DNA from: Candidatus Aminicenantes bacterium | GTDB lineage: Bacteria > Acidobacteriota > Aminicenantia > Aminicenantales > JAFGAV01 | Assembly: GCA_963705895.1 (NCBI GenBank) | Contig: OY970122.1 | Coordinates: forward strand, 1,634,774 to 1,698,773 | Reading direction: 5' to 3' | Length of the DNA stretch: 64,000 nucleotides | Shown: positions 9,564 through 19,388 of the stretch, piece after piece | Layout of the letters: each line of letters opens with the position of its first letter | Numbering within the stretch: position 1 is the first letter of the stretch | Translations under genes and position numbers: made by a program | The notes under the pieces: generated by a model | Told to the model about the DNA's origin: nothing | Seen by the model: the letters and a program-made list of their open reading frames with translations, nothing else | Database searches by the model: none

Positions 9564-10454
9564 TCAAGGTTTCCCCTGCCGTTTCAGGGTTTGATAGAGT
9601 TCATAGGCTTTGGCCGGAGTCTCATTCTTATGGACCACGGCCCGGACCGCCTGGATCATGGCCGTGGGCGCGTCGGATTGGAAGATGTTCCGGCCCATGT
9701 CCACGCCGGCGGCGCCCTCTTGGACCGCTTTATGGGCCATGGTCAGGGCGTCGAGTTCCGGGATCTTCTTCCCGCCGGCCATGACGATGGGCACCGGGCA
9801 GGCGGCGCAGACCGTATCAAAGTCGCGCTCGACATAATATGTCTTGATGTAGTGGGCCCCCAGCTCGGCGCAGATCCGGGTGGCCAGCCTGAAGTAGCGC
9901 GCGTCGCGGGCCATGTCCTTGCCCACGGCGGTCACGGCCAGTGTCGGGAGGCCGTAGCGCGTACCGAGGTTGACCATGTTGGTCATATTGATGATCGACT
10001 GCCGTTCGAATTCGCCGCCGATGAAGACCTGGACGGCCACGGCGCAGACGTTCAGGCGGAGGCTGTCCTCGATATCGACCGCGATCTCTTCGTTGGACAG
10101 CTCCTTGAGGATGCTCGCCCCGCCCGAGACCCGCAGGACGATGGATTTGAGAGTGGATGAGGGAATGATCGTCCGGAGGATCCCCCGGGTGAGCATGAGG
10201 GTGTCGGCAAAGGGCACCAGGGGAAGGATGGTCAGGTCGACACGCTCCAGGCCCGTGGTCGGGCCCTGAAAATACCCGTGGTCGATGGCCAGCATGACCG
10301 TCCGGCCCGATTCCGGGTTGAAGATCCGGGCTAGCCTGTTCTGCAGGCCCCAATCAAGTGAGCCGCAGCCTTTCAGGAAAAAGGCCGGCGACTTCTGGGG
10401 AATATCCGAGCGGTAGTTCTTGGCTTCCTTGAGGTCATCGACATCGGGCATCAT
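9564..10454 (-). CDS. DhnA-type class I aldolase (fructose-bisphosphate aldolase / ADH synthase / LsrF family)
   Basis: LAIDHG motif with a TIM-barrel aldolase-like pattern. It lies adjacent to the MDR dehydrogenase. Confidence 0.6.
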   Translation of the reverse strand: MMPDVDDLKEAKNYRSDIPQKSPAFFLKGCGSLDWGLQNRLARIFNPESGRTVMLAIDHGYFQGPTTGLERVDLTILPLVPFADTLMLTRGILRTIIPSSTLKSIVLRVSGGASILKELSNEEIAVDIEDSLRLNVCAVAVQVFIGGEFERQSIINMTNMVNLGTRYGLPTLAVTAVGKDMARDARYFRLATRICAELGAHYIKTYYVERDFDTVCAACPVPIVMAGGKKIPELDALTMAHKAVQEGAAGVDMGRNIFQSDAPTAMIQAVRAVVHKNETPAKAYELYQTLKRQGKP

Positions 10455-10598
10455 TTTTCTCCTTTTTGACGTTGACCGTCAGGTATTTTATACGAAATCA
10501 GCGGTCGATGCACTCCCGTAAATGGCTGGAAGGCCCGGTTCTAAATCCGGATATCCTAACGGAAGAATTCAGGGTTTGGCTGAACGGGGTTATTTAGG

Positions 10599-10648
10599 TG
10601 GTGGAGCTGACCAGGATCGAACTGGCGACCTCTTGAATGCTAATCAAG
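10599..10648 (-). repeat. Partial 3' copy of tRNA-Ala (anticodon stem to CCA, 2 mismatches); att-like direct repeat
   Basis: tggtggagctgaccaggatcgaactggcgacctcttgaatgc... is identical to the 3' portion of the intact tRNA-Ala at 29297-29372. It diverges 5' of the anticodon stem. Confidence 0.8.
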
Positions 10649-11021
10649 CAGGCCCAGCAGAAAAGGAATTTCTGGCGACCTCCTCTTTCTCGAAGCCTTC
10701 GGGAACGTCTGCCGGCTTGAAGCGAAGCGTGAGGGTCGCCGGCCTTAGGAATTTCAGGCCGTCAGGCCTCAGCTTGTAGGTCGGCCCGATGACCGGACCT
10801 TCGCCAGAAGCCAACTCCTCGATGGTGATGCTGGTGTCCTTTTCCAAAGCGCCGGGTAGGATGGTGAGGGTCATGGCTCCGGAAGGCGATGTAACCGTGC
10901 CGCCTTGAGCGGCGGAAACCCGCTTAGTGATCATATTCACGCCGGGCGCGGCGCCGACCGCCGCCAGCTGGAAGCACATAAGTCCGACGAGAATTCCCAG
11001 GGAAGTGCGGTGGAGCATCAA
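10644..11021 (-). CDS. Truncated paralog of the secreted protein at 11142-12371 (signal peptide plus shared N-domain only)
   Basis: Signal peptide, then ~100 aa at ~65% identity to the N-domain of the neighbouring 409-aa protein. The ORF stops exactly at the tRNA-fragment repeat. Confidence 0.5.
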   Translation of the reverse strand: MMLHRTSLGILVGLMCFQLAAVGAAPGVNMITKRVSAAQGGTVTSPSGAMTLTILPGALEKDTSITIEELASGEGPVIGPTYKLRPDGLKFLRPATLTLRFKPADVPEGFEKEEVARNSFSAGPA

Positions 11022-11141
11022 GGAAGCAGGATGCAGCCTTATTGTTCCTCCTTATGGCCTGGGCGGTTGTTCGAGAGGGAATCGGGTCATAACTTTCCCC
11101 CCTTCGTTGATACACAAAATATAGCTCCGGCTGCGCGGCCG

Positions 11142-12371
11142 TTACCCTTCGATCCGGAACGCCTTAGCCATGCAGTGTCCCGGCTCGGTCGCTCCAGTCC
11201 AGCGCACTTCGCCTCCGCTGGGAGGGCAATGGCCATACTCACTCTTGGGTAGGCCACACACTACGGTATCCAGAAAGATGAAGACAGCATAAAACCGGCC
11301 TGCTTGCCACTCGCCCTGGTCGAACCATACCGTAAAAGTGCCCGGTTTATAAGGGAAGCCGGCCATCTCTTTCATCGCCTTAGGGTTGGGAAATGGGTCA
11401 TCATGGAAGTACAGGCTGGCGTGTCCGGGCAAGACGATCAATCTGGAGTTAGGATCCTGTACGGGTAAGTAAGCTCTTCCGCCAGGCTGGCCGCTGAAAT
11501 CTATGAAGGATACACCCATGACGATTGAATAGTTGTTGGCGGATAGCACAGCGTCATGGTCGATACCGATAATGAGCTGGCCGCGACTGGTGGACCGCTC
11601 TCCTTTTTTGCCGGCTTTCACTCGGAAAAATTTCCCAAAACAAATGGTGGCGACTCCACTGCCTGAGACACCCATCTTAGCCCCGACCTTCTCGTAAAAC
11701 TGGCCGCCCGTTTTGACCGAGGCCTGCACTTCCGCGTAACCGGAGCCATTCGACTTCGCGGCTTTTATCAAGTAGTCGTAGGCGCGGATAATTTCAGCCT
11801 TCCCGCTGCCCAGGGTGTAGGAGGAGTAGGCGCGGGCCGAGTAGCGGGAAAAATGCTCGATCCGGGCTGAGACAGTGCCGGCGGCAAGGTTCACCTCGCT
11901 ATCAAGGAAATTGAGGCCGGTGGTCGCGAGCGGGTTGATCCCGGGGGCGCCAGTGGCGGTCTGAGGGCCCCTCGCGGCGCCCTGGGACCGTGTGGCCAGG
12001 TCTTGAGGCTTCTCTTCGGTGATGGCGATGTCTTCTCTCTCGAAGCCTTGAGGAATGTCCGCCGGCTTGAAGCGCAGAGTGAGCGTCGCCGGCTTTTTGA
12101 ATTTCAGGCCGTTCGGCCCGAGCTCGTAAGCCGGCCCGACGACCGAACCTTCGCCCGGGGCAAGCTCATCGATGGTGATGACGGTGTCCTTTTCCAGCCC
12201 GCCAGGCGGAATGGAAAGAGTCAAGCTGCCGGACGGAGAGGTGATCGTGCCGCCTTTCGCAGCGGAAACCTGCGCCGTACTAGTTTTCGCACCGGCCTCT
12301 ACGCCGATCGCCACAATATTAAGGCACAACACTCCGATGAGCGCTCTCCAAGAAAAGCGGTGAAGCCTCAT
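11142..12371 (-). CDS. Secreted hypothetical protein (N-terminal beta-rich domain plus ~280-aa C-terminal domain of unknown function)
   Basis: Signal peptide MRLHRFSWRALIGVLCLNIVAIGVEA. Not repetitive. No family recognised. Confidence 0.55.
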   Translation of the reverse strand: MRLHRFSWRALIGVLCLNIVAIGVEAGAKTSTAQVSAAKGGTITSPSGSLTLSIPPGGLEKDTVITIDELAPGEGSVVGPAYELGPNGLKFKKPATLTLRFKPADIPQGFEREDIAITEEKPQDLATRSQGAARGPQTATGAPGINPLATTGLNFLDSEVNLAAGTVSARIEHFSRYSARAYSSYTLGSGKAEIIRAYDYLIKAAKSNGSGYAEVQASVKTGGQFYEKVGAKMGVSGSGVATICFGKFFRVKAGKKGERSTSRGQLIIGIDHDAVLSANNYSIVMGVSFIDFSGQPGGRAYLPVQDPNSRLIVLPGHASLYFHDDPFPNPKAMKEMAGFPYKPGTFTVWFDQGEWQAGRFYAVFIFLDTVVCGLPKSEYGHCPPSGGEVRWTGATEPGHCMAKAFRIEG

Positions 12372-12592
12372 GATACCTCCTTATGGCCTAGGGCGGCTGC
12401 CGAAAGGGAATCGAGCCATAACCTTCCCTCGCGATAATGAAATAGATTTAACTCCGGCTGCGCGGCACTGTCAAGGCGGTGATCCCGTTCACTACATCCG
12501 AGACGTCGGCTGAGACCATGAGGTCCTTTCGAGGTCGCAAATTATAAAATAGATCGAGTTGCGTTAGTTTAACCTTTGTTGATTTTTTGACT

Positions 12593-13111
12593 TCACCGGA
12601 AGCGCTCGACCACCCTCCGCTCGGCCGCGATCTCGGGCTTGATGAGCTTGAGAGCGACTTCCTCGTTCAGCTTCTTGTCCAGGGCCCGCAGCTGCTCTTC
12701 GGTGTAGACGATGCCCTCCTTAGCCGCCTTTTCTTCCAGGACCCTAAGCCTCTTCTTCACTGTCTCGAGGTTGTGCCGCATCCAGATCGATCTCACCCCG
12801 CCCCCCGAGACCACGATCCCCTTCCTCTTCAGCTCGTTGGCGGCTCGCACCTGGCCATAGGCTGGATATTCGATGGCCATCTGGACCACGGCCTCTTCGA
12901 CCTCGGGTGCCACTCGGTTCTTCAGGCAGGGGTTCCGCCGGCTCTTCTCCTTTAGCCCTTCCATGCCATGCTCTTCATAGGCCTGCTTAACATCGTAGAA
13001 GTGCTGGCGGGAGCAGCCGTTGATCCGGCAGGCTTGGGAGACGTTGGTCAGGAACTCAGCCAGCTCTAGTAGCGAGAGCTTCCTTCTGATAAGCTTCTCT
13101 TGGGTGGTCAT
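12593..13111 (-). pseudogene. Chimeric remnant: IS481/IS3-like transposase N-terminal HTH fused to a fragment of a Ser/Thr kinase gene
   Basis: The N-terminal ~140 aa resemble a transposase HTH/homeodomain-like region (CRINGCSRQHFYDVKQAYEEHG...). The last ~25 codons (ALDKKLNEEVALKLIKPEIA) share a ~60-nt near-identical stretch with the kinase at 16020-16090. There is no DDE domain. Confidence 0.6.
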
Positions 13112-13243
13112 TTGATCCTCCTCTTTCTGATTTACCTGATTCTTTCGGAGGTAATTTGACCACCTGTCTTCTCATAGTGTCAACTCAAGTCAATCCTTGA
13201 GCAGCTAAGCCCTTGTTAGCGGTTCGTGCTTTCAATAATTTAA

Positions 13244-13576
13244 TCAAGTCCAAGTAAAGCTTTCATATTTTATATTATTTGCTTTCATAAAGTCGCCAAA
13301 TAATGAATAAGCTTCATTAACACTGAAACGCTCTTTCAATGATTGTAATAGAGCAGATTTATCTCCAGTTTTTAAATTAAAAATTTGATAGAACTTATTG
13401 ACTTCCTCTGGTTCTATAGTATAAGTATATTCATAATCAGAGTCCCCCCAAGCTTCTTCAACAGATTTACCAATATCATATCCGTCAAAGAATAACTGGT
13501 CTTTATCATTAAAATAAATCTCCATTGATATTTTAATATCAGGTCTTTCTAAATAAAATAGTGTTACCTTATCCAT
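13244..13576 (-). CDS. Low-GC orphan hypothetical protein (110 aa, acidic)
   Basis: Clean ORF in a markedly AT-rich ~380-nt patch that contrasts with the high-GC flanks. No signal peptide. D/E/Y-rich. Confidence 0.5.
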   Translation of the reverse strand: MDKVTLFYLERPDIKISMEIYFNDKDQLFFDGYDIGKSVEEAWGDSDYEYTYTIEPEEVNKFYQIFNLKTGDKSALLQSLKERFSVNEAYSLFGDFMKANNIKYESFTWT

Positions 13577-13723
13577 TTTGTTTTTTAGATTATTTGGGTA
13601 TCTTATAGCATGATTGCTAACTCGTTCCTAATTGCACCTTTGTCACAGCTCCCAAGAGAAAACAGCACCCGAACAAAGACATCCGGTTCGAGTAATGCTG
13701 CAGGCAGACCCGGCATTGGTCGT

Positions 13724-14308
13724 CTACTTAGGGGGAGGGTACGGCGCGAGCCAGCCATCCCCGTGAAAGCGCAATAGCTCCGAGACCGCCTCTTCGAGCG
13801 GTTTGCGGCCGTCGACAACCCCGACGCGAGGCGAAATCGGTACCTGCTCAGGCAGACCAAGCCAGAGGAGCCTCACCTTCAGGTCTCCATCCGGCTCATA
13901 CGAGAGACCGAATGCTGCATCAAGTGGTTTCCGAGCAGCTGGAGCTTTCCAGTAGAATTGAAAGGTCAGGGATGGCTTGTGCTTGTGGGCTTTCTCCAGG
14001 AGCCCCGCCAGCGACAGGCCGCCCGGCTCCCCTAAGATCCCGGCGTTGGAGCGAGCAGCAAGGCTTTCGTCCATGGCCTCCATGGAGAAGTTGCTTGGCG
14101 TCACACCGAGTTTTGCCACGTCCCGGTTGGTCTTCAGCAGCGCATAGCGCACGAGATTGCGAAAGGTGTCAACCAGCACCTGCTTATTGCCAGCATCCAG
14201 GTCATCATCAGATTGGGTTCCCTTGCCCTCGGCGTCCGAGATACCCATACCGCAGGCTCCAAACAAGATAAACCCGCAGGTCGCAAACAAAAAGAAACTT
14301 AAATTCAT
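13724..14308 (-). CDS. Putative lipoprotein, hypothetical
   Basis: N-terminus MNLSFFLFATCGFILFGACG has a lipobox-like LFGAC. No family recognised. Confidence 0.5.
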   Translation of the reverse strand: MNLSFFLFATCGFILFGACGMGISDAEGKGTQSDDDLDAGNKQVLVDTFRNLVRYALLKTNRDVAKLGVTPSNFSMEAMDESLAARSNAGILGEPGGLSLAGLLEKAHKHKPSLTFQFYWKAPAARKPLDAAFGLSYEPDGDLKVRLLWLGLPEQVPISPRVGVVDGRKPLEEAVSELLRFHGDGWLAPYPPPK

Positions 14309-14362
14309 AAACTCACCATCTTTTCACTCATAATCAAGGCATTTAAACTTTTTACGGCTCCA

Positions 14363-14770
14363 TCACCTATGCTTTGCTCTATATTGTTCAACGGGGCCGG
14401 AGGAGAACTTAATTACTTTCCTGATCAATAGGCGCTTCTCGTATTGATTTAAATGGCCAAAGGAGCCTCCTGATTCCATTTCTCCCTCGATCTGAACCCA
14501 TACTGCAAGGGTCACCTTGTTTAGCTTGATCATCTTTTTATTAATCGCCTCCTCATTTATGTCCGGTCCATAGTCGACCCAGCAAAACTCCTTCTTGTCC
14601 AAATCGCTTTTGAAGACCCTGCTCTCAAGTCCTGGCTGAATGAGGATAAATCCCTCATATTGCTGATTTCTCTGCTGACTGACCTGCCCCATCGCACTGC
14701 CTCCGACCCAAAACGTACCAACCGTTGCCAACAGGCATCCTGCAATCCTTAGTCTCGACCAATTTGTCAC
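14363..14770 (-). CDS. Small secreted hypothetical protein (GTG start) hidden inside the long kinase ORF
   Basis: RBS GAGGGAG 6 nt upstream of GTG at 14770. The product begins (M)TNWSRLRIAGCLLATVGTFWVGGSAMGQ, a signal peptide. The region is lower in GC than the kinase body and its codon usage differs. Confidence 0.45.
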   Translation of the reverse strand: MTNWSRLRIAGCLLATVGTFWVGGSAMGQVSQQRNQQYEGFILIQPGLESRVFKSDLDKKEFCWVDYGPDINEEAINKKMIKLNKVTLAVWVQIEGEMESGGSFGHLNQYEKRLLIRKVIKFSSGPVEQYRAKHR

Positions 14771-16312
14771 CAATTGCTCCCTCTCTGCTGATCTACTTAC
14801 AAAGCATCTGGGCTTGCCGCCCAGCAGCGCAGTCGCGACTCCCGACGATTCGAACCCACGTCCCTCCTGACAACAACCTTTGACATGTCCGTCACGAGCG
14901 CCGTTCGCGCCACTCCCAAAGATCCGCGGGCGAGCATGGGCAAATGATCCAGAGATATTGCGCGGGAGGGCTCGGACTCGATGGCAACGGCTCGACGGCA
15001 TAAGCCAGAACATCGCCACTGCGACCAATGGCCGCCCCGGCGGGACTGTCACGACTTCAACCAGTCCTGTTTTGGACAGTCCCTCGGTAATCCAGTCAGA
15101 GGCAATTCGGCCGATGGGGTCAAGGGATTTGTCCCCCGTCTGGTTCTCAAAAGAGGAAACGATGATCCGTTTTGGGTCGTAGCGAGGGCCGTGGCTCTTG
15201 AGGAGAAAGAACAAGCCTGAGGCGACGGCCAATAATGCGACCGCGGCAGGAACAAAGAGTTTTTTCAGTCGAAATTTTGCCGTAATTTCTCGCGAGGTAA
15301 GGGGCTTTCTCTCAGGAACGACGCGCTCCGTGGTGGGAAGGCCTTTTTCGATGCGGTCGAGGTCGGCGATAAGCGCTTCGGCGCTCTGGTATCTCTTGGC
15401 CTTGTCTTTTTCTAGACATTTTAAAATCAACCGGTCGAGGTCGAACGGGATCTGAGCATTAGTCGCTCTGGGATCTTTCGGCGTCTCGCTCTTGTGCTTG
15501 ACGCCGACCGTGAAGGGTGTATCCCCCTCGAACGGAACACGGCCTGTCACCATCTCGTAGAGAATGACGCCCAGCGAATAGATATCCGACCGCTGGTCGA
15601 CGTCTTTCCCTTCGACCTGCTCTGGGCTCATATACTCGGGGGTACCGATCATTACCCCGGCGCCGGTGATTCCTTTGGCCTTGATGGAACGGGCGATGCC
15701 GAAATCCATTATCCGGGCGTTCCCGTCCTTGTCGATAATGATGTTGGACGGCTTCAAGTCCCGATGAACGACTCCCAGGCGATGGGCTTCCGCCAGCCCC
15801 GCGCAGGCTTCCTTGGCGATGGCCACGGCCGTGCCCACAGTCAGCTGCTTGGTCCGGTGGAGAAAGCTCCTCAGGTCCTCACCCGGGACGTATTCCATGG
15901 TGATGAAGTGGAGGCCCTGGTCCTCCATCAGCTCATACATTCGGCCGACGTTCCGGTGGCCAATCTTGCGAGCGACTTTCAGCTCGTTCTGGAAGCGCTC
16001 CAGGGTGCCTTTGTCCAGGGCAATCTCGGGCTTGATGAGCTTGAGGGCGACTTCCTCGTTGAGCTTCTTGTCCAAGGCCCGATAAACCTTGCCCATGCCC
16101 CCGTGGCCCAGCTCCTCGATGATTTGGTAGCGGCCGGCGAAGGTCGTGCCGCGGGTAAGCTCATCCGTGCCGGTCTCGAGCGTCCGGGTAAGGGATGCCC
16201 GGTCTTCAGGGCCTAGGGGATGGCCAGGGGCTGAAGCGTCCAGCTTGGTCCCGCACTTGCCGCAGAAGAACGTGTCGGATGGATTCTCAAAGCGGCATTG
16301 AGGGCATTTCAT
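14771..16312 (-). CDS. Ser/Thr protein kinase with N-terminal zinc ribbon and one TM; C-terminal sensor region degenerate (possible pseudogene)
   Basis: CPQCRFEN...CGKCG zinc ribbon. Hanks kinase motifs (VALK, HRDLKPSN, DFG, GTPEYMSPE). A TM helix. After ~40 aa of TolB-like sequence the translation becomes R/G/S/C-rich low-complexity, unlike paralog 16423-18936. Confidence 0.65.
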
Positions 16313-16422
16313 AGATCAAAGTTCCTAAAGACCGGCCAGTCTCCGCTTAGCATCCGCGACTTCGGGCAGGCCGGGGTCGGTGTCCTTAATAGGAGCGAGA
16401 AGTCCCGCGTGGTCTCTAATTC

Positions 16423-18936
16423 TCATTTCTCCAGGCCGACCCTGCGCAGCAGCGCAGCGAAACGCGGGTCGGAGCGTACCGGGTCAAAGGCGTGTGAAGG
16501 TTTCACGAACATCAAGAAAAATGGGTCGCGCTCGCGGACGGCTTTCTCCAGCCAGGCAAAAGTCCGGTCCTTCTCTCCAAGAGCCGAATAGATCCATGCG
16601 ATCCCCACCGGGGGCACATAATTCCCTTTGGAATACTCGATGAGATCGTCCAGTATCTTCTGCGCCTCTTCTCGTTTGCCCATAAACGCGTAGCAGCCCG
16701 CGAGAAAGGCACTTGGGCGCATGGGAATGGCTGTCAACTCCATGCTTCGATGATAATTCCTGACGGCTTCCTCATATTTGCCCATCGCTTCATAGGCCCA
16801 TCCCAGATACATGTAAGTCATCGCGTGAGTAGGGTCCACCTCGAGCGCCCTTTTCAGCTGCTCAACGGCCTCCCCATATCGACGCTCAAAATAAAGGAAA
16901 AGTCCCACATTGGCGCTGATCCGCGGCGACAGAGGGTCAAGGTCCCTGGCGATCTTGATCTCCCTCATAGCCTCCTCGAATCGGCCTTGCATGACCAAAT
17001 GGTACGCATAAAAGTGGCGGCCCGTCGCGTAGCTGGGATTGAGTTCAAGAGCTAGCTTTAATTCTTTCTCGGCACCGGCGAAATCCCATTCATAATCACC
17101 GATGACGCTCCCCAAACAGGCGTGAGCCTCAGCGAGGTTGCTGTCGATCTCCAATGCCCTCAATACTGCCGCCTTAGCTTGAGGAAACGCCTTTTCAGCT
17201 GGCCAGAAGCCGTTATTCCCGAGAATGTAATAGGCATCCCCTAGGCCTGCATAGGCCAGCGCATAATTCGGATCAACTTCAATCGCCTTCTTGTAGTATT
17301 CGACGGATCTTATAAGGTCTGCCTCCTCCCTCCTATTCCAAGCACTGAGGCCCTGCAAATAGAGTCTGTAAGCCTCGAGATTCTCGGTATAATTCTTGAC
17401 GAGAGGGGCGCCCTTCTCCCCAAGCAGCTTGATCTTTAGTTCAGTTACGATAGCTTTGGCGATGTCGTCTTGGATGGAGAACAAATCGGCCATTTTTCGG
17501 TTGTAGATCTCCGACCAGACTTGGCGGCCGTCTTGAACGTTGCTGATCCGTGCCGTGACCCGGAGATTATCCCCGGCGACCTGGACGCTGCCTTCAAGAA
17601 CGTTGTCCACGCCAAGCTTCCGGCCGATTTCATGGATGTCCTGGGTTTTCCCCTTGAAGAAAAAGGCCGATGTCCTGGCCGGAACCCAAAGTCCCTCGAT
17701 GTGGGTCAGGGCATCAATCAGCGTTTCCGACAGGCCATCGCAAAGGTATTCGTACTGCTTGGCCTGGCTCAAGTCCGCAAAGGGGAGAACGGCGATCGAA
17801 CGTCTCTGCGTCGGAGCGAGCGGAGCGTGTTTCTTCGGGATAAACAGCCAATATGCCACGGCGGCAAGGACGATGACGGCGACAATCAGGACCGGCGCCA
17901 TGAGCTTCTTTAGGCTGAATTTGACCGTAATCTCTCTCGAAGTTATCGGCTTCTGCTCAGGGATTACCCGCTCCGTTGTCGGGATGCCTTTTTCGATTTT
18001 CTCCAACTCGGAACGGACTTCGGCGGCGCTCTGGTATCGTTTGGTTTTGTCCTTTTCCAGGCACTTCAAAATAACGCCGCTGAGATCGTCTGGGATAAGA
18101 TGGTTCAGCTGCTTTGGATTTTTGGGGACTTCCCCCTTGTGCTTCATCGCGATGCTTAGGGCGGTCTCCCCTGTGAAGGGCACGTGGCTTGTCGCCATCT
18201 CATAAAGAATGACGCCCAGGGAATAGATATCAGAGAGATGGTCGACATCTTTGGCTTCGGCCTGCTCCGGGCTCATGTTCTCGGGCGTCCCGATCAACAC
18301 CCCCGCGCCCGTTAACCCCTTATCTTTGACCGACCGGGCAATCCCAAAATCCATGATCTTGGCATTCCCGTGCTTGTCGATCATGATGTTCTGGGGTTTC
18401 AGGTCGCGGTGGACGACGCCAAGACTGTGGGCTTCGGCCAGCCCATCACAGACCTGCTTCCCGACGCTCAGCAACATCCCTAGGCTCAGGCTCCCGGTCA
18501 TCTCGATCATGCTTTTCAGGTCTTCGCCATGGACGTATTCCATAGTGATGAAATGGGTCCCCTCCGCCTCGCCGATATCGAACATCTTGCAGACGTTCCG
18601 GTGTCCGATTCGGCGCGACAGCCGAATCTCATTGCTGAAACGTTCGATCGTCTCTTTATCGAAGGCGACCTCAGGCTTGATGAGCTTCAGGGCGACCTTC
18701 TCCTTGATCTTCGTGTCATAGACTTTGTATACCCGGCCCATGCCGCCATGTCCCAGCTCCTCGATGATTTGGTAGCGCCCAGCGAAGGTCGTGCCAGTGG
18801 TGAGTTCTTTGAGTGGCGTGTTTACAGTTTCGGTTCTGGAGTCAGGAATATCCCTGGAAGGAGGAAGGGGCGTGGCGCACCTGCCGCAATAATAGGTATC
18901 GGCAGGATTGTCAAAGTGGCACTTGGGGCATTCCAT
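16423..18936 (-). CDS. Ser/Thr protein kinase: zinc ribbon, kinase, TM, TolB-N-like periplasmic domain and TPR repeats
   Basis: CPKCHFDN...CGRC ribbon. Full Hanks motifs. A TM helix. A TolB/LpoB-like segment (IAVLPFADLS...). Multiple TPR-like repeats (AYAGLGDAYY, AEAHACLG...). Confidence 0.85.
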   Translation of the reverse strand: MECPKCHFDNPADTYYCGRCATPLPPSRDIPDSRTETVNTPLKELTTGTTFAGRYQIIEELGHGGMGRVYKVYDTKIKEKVALKLIKPEVAFDKETIERFSNEIRLSRRIGHRNVCKMFDIGEAEGTHFITMEYVHGEDLKSMIEMTGSLSLGMLLSVGKQVCDGLAEAHSLGVVHRDLKPQNIMIDKHGNAKIMDFGIARSVKDKGLTGAGVLIGTPENMSPEQAEAKDVDHLSDIYSLGVILYEMATSHVPFTGETALSIAMKHKGEVPKNPKQLNHLIPDDLSGVILKCLEKDKTKRYQSAAEVRSELEKIEKGIPTTERVIPEQKPITSREITVKFSLKKLMAPVLIVAVIVLAAVAYWLFIPKKHAPLAPTQRRSIAVLPFADLSQAKQYEYLCDGLSETLIDALTHIEGLWVPARTSAFFFKGKTQDIHEIGRKLGVDNVLEGSVQVAGDNLRVTARISNVQDGRQVWSEIYNRKMADLFSIQDDIAKAIVTELKIKLLGEKGAPLVKNYTENLEAYRLYLQGLSAWNRREEADLIRSVEYYKKAIEVDPNYALAYAGLGDAYYILGNNGFWPAEKAFPQAKAAVLRALEIDSNLAEAHACLGSVIGDYEWDFAGAEKELKLALELNPSYATGRHFYAYHLVMQGRFEEAMREIKIARDLDPLSPRISANVGLFLYFERRYGEAVEQLKRALEVDPTHAMTYMYLGWAYEAMGKYEEAVRNYHRSMELTAIPMRPSAFLAGCYAFMGKREEAQKILDDLIEYSKGNYVPPVGIAWIYSALGEKDRTFAWLEKAVRERDPFFLMFVKPSHAFDPVRSDPRFAALLRRVGLEK

Positions 18937-19249
18937 CTGCGAACCCCTTGAAGGTTTGATTAATTGATATCAACAAATAGGAAAAGAGTCAATCATCCGT
19001 TGTGCTCAATATAGAGGACTTACCTTTTTCCGCGACGTGGTGAATGGCTATTCCGTAAGCCTTTGAATAGGATCGGTCTCTTTGTCCCTCGAGAAAGACA
19101 GAATCGGAAACTGTGACCAAATTGTGACTATCCCAGGCATACTTCGGCATACTTTCGCATACCTACAGATACCTCGGACTAAATTGTAAACCCCTGATAA
19201 ATCAGGCTATTACTTCAGAATGTGGAGGTTAGGAAACTCGGTATCTTGC

Positions 19250-19288
19250 ATCCGGAGTCCGCCGCTCTATCCACTGAGCTACAGGCGC
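19250..19288 (-). pseudogene. tRNA-Arg-like 5' fragment (acceptor, D-arm and anticodon loop only)
   Basis: The reverse complement reads GCGCCTGTAGCTCAGTGGATAGAGCGGCGGACTCCGGA (loop CTCCGGA, anticodon CCG). No matching 3' half was found within 300 nt. Confidence 0.4.
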
Positions 19289-19388
19289 ATTCGTCCTCGG
19301 TCGGGAAGACGGGCCAGGCGGTAGGGATTCCGCTTTTCGGGGGCGACCCTAGGCCCGAATTTTATTTTCAAGCATAGGATCCAATTTA

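Noticed and set aside
8498-9784. 428-aa plus-strand ORF antisense to the zinc dehydrogenase
   Set aside because: Same artefact class. The dehydrogenase on the minus strand has unmistakable catalytic and Rossmann motifs.
14363-16312. Single 649-aa kinase ORF as given in the track
   Set aside because: The C-terminal third is low-complexity and then switches composition, with an internal RBS, a GTG start and a signal peptide. It is interpreted as a decayed kinase plus a separate small gene rather than one protein.
18937-19388. Group I intron-containing tRNA-Arg
   Set aside because: The 5' half of a tRNA ends exactly after the anticodon loop, as an intron would. But no 3' exon or T-arm sequence is present within ~300 nt, so a tRNA remnant is more parsimonious.
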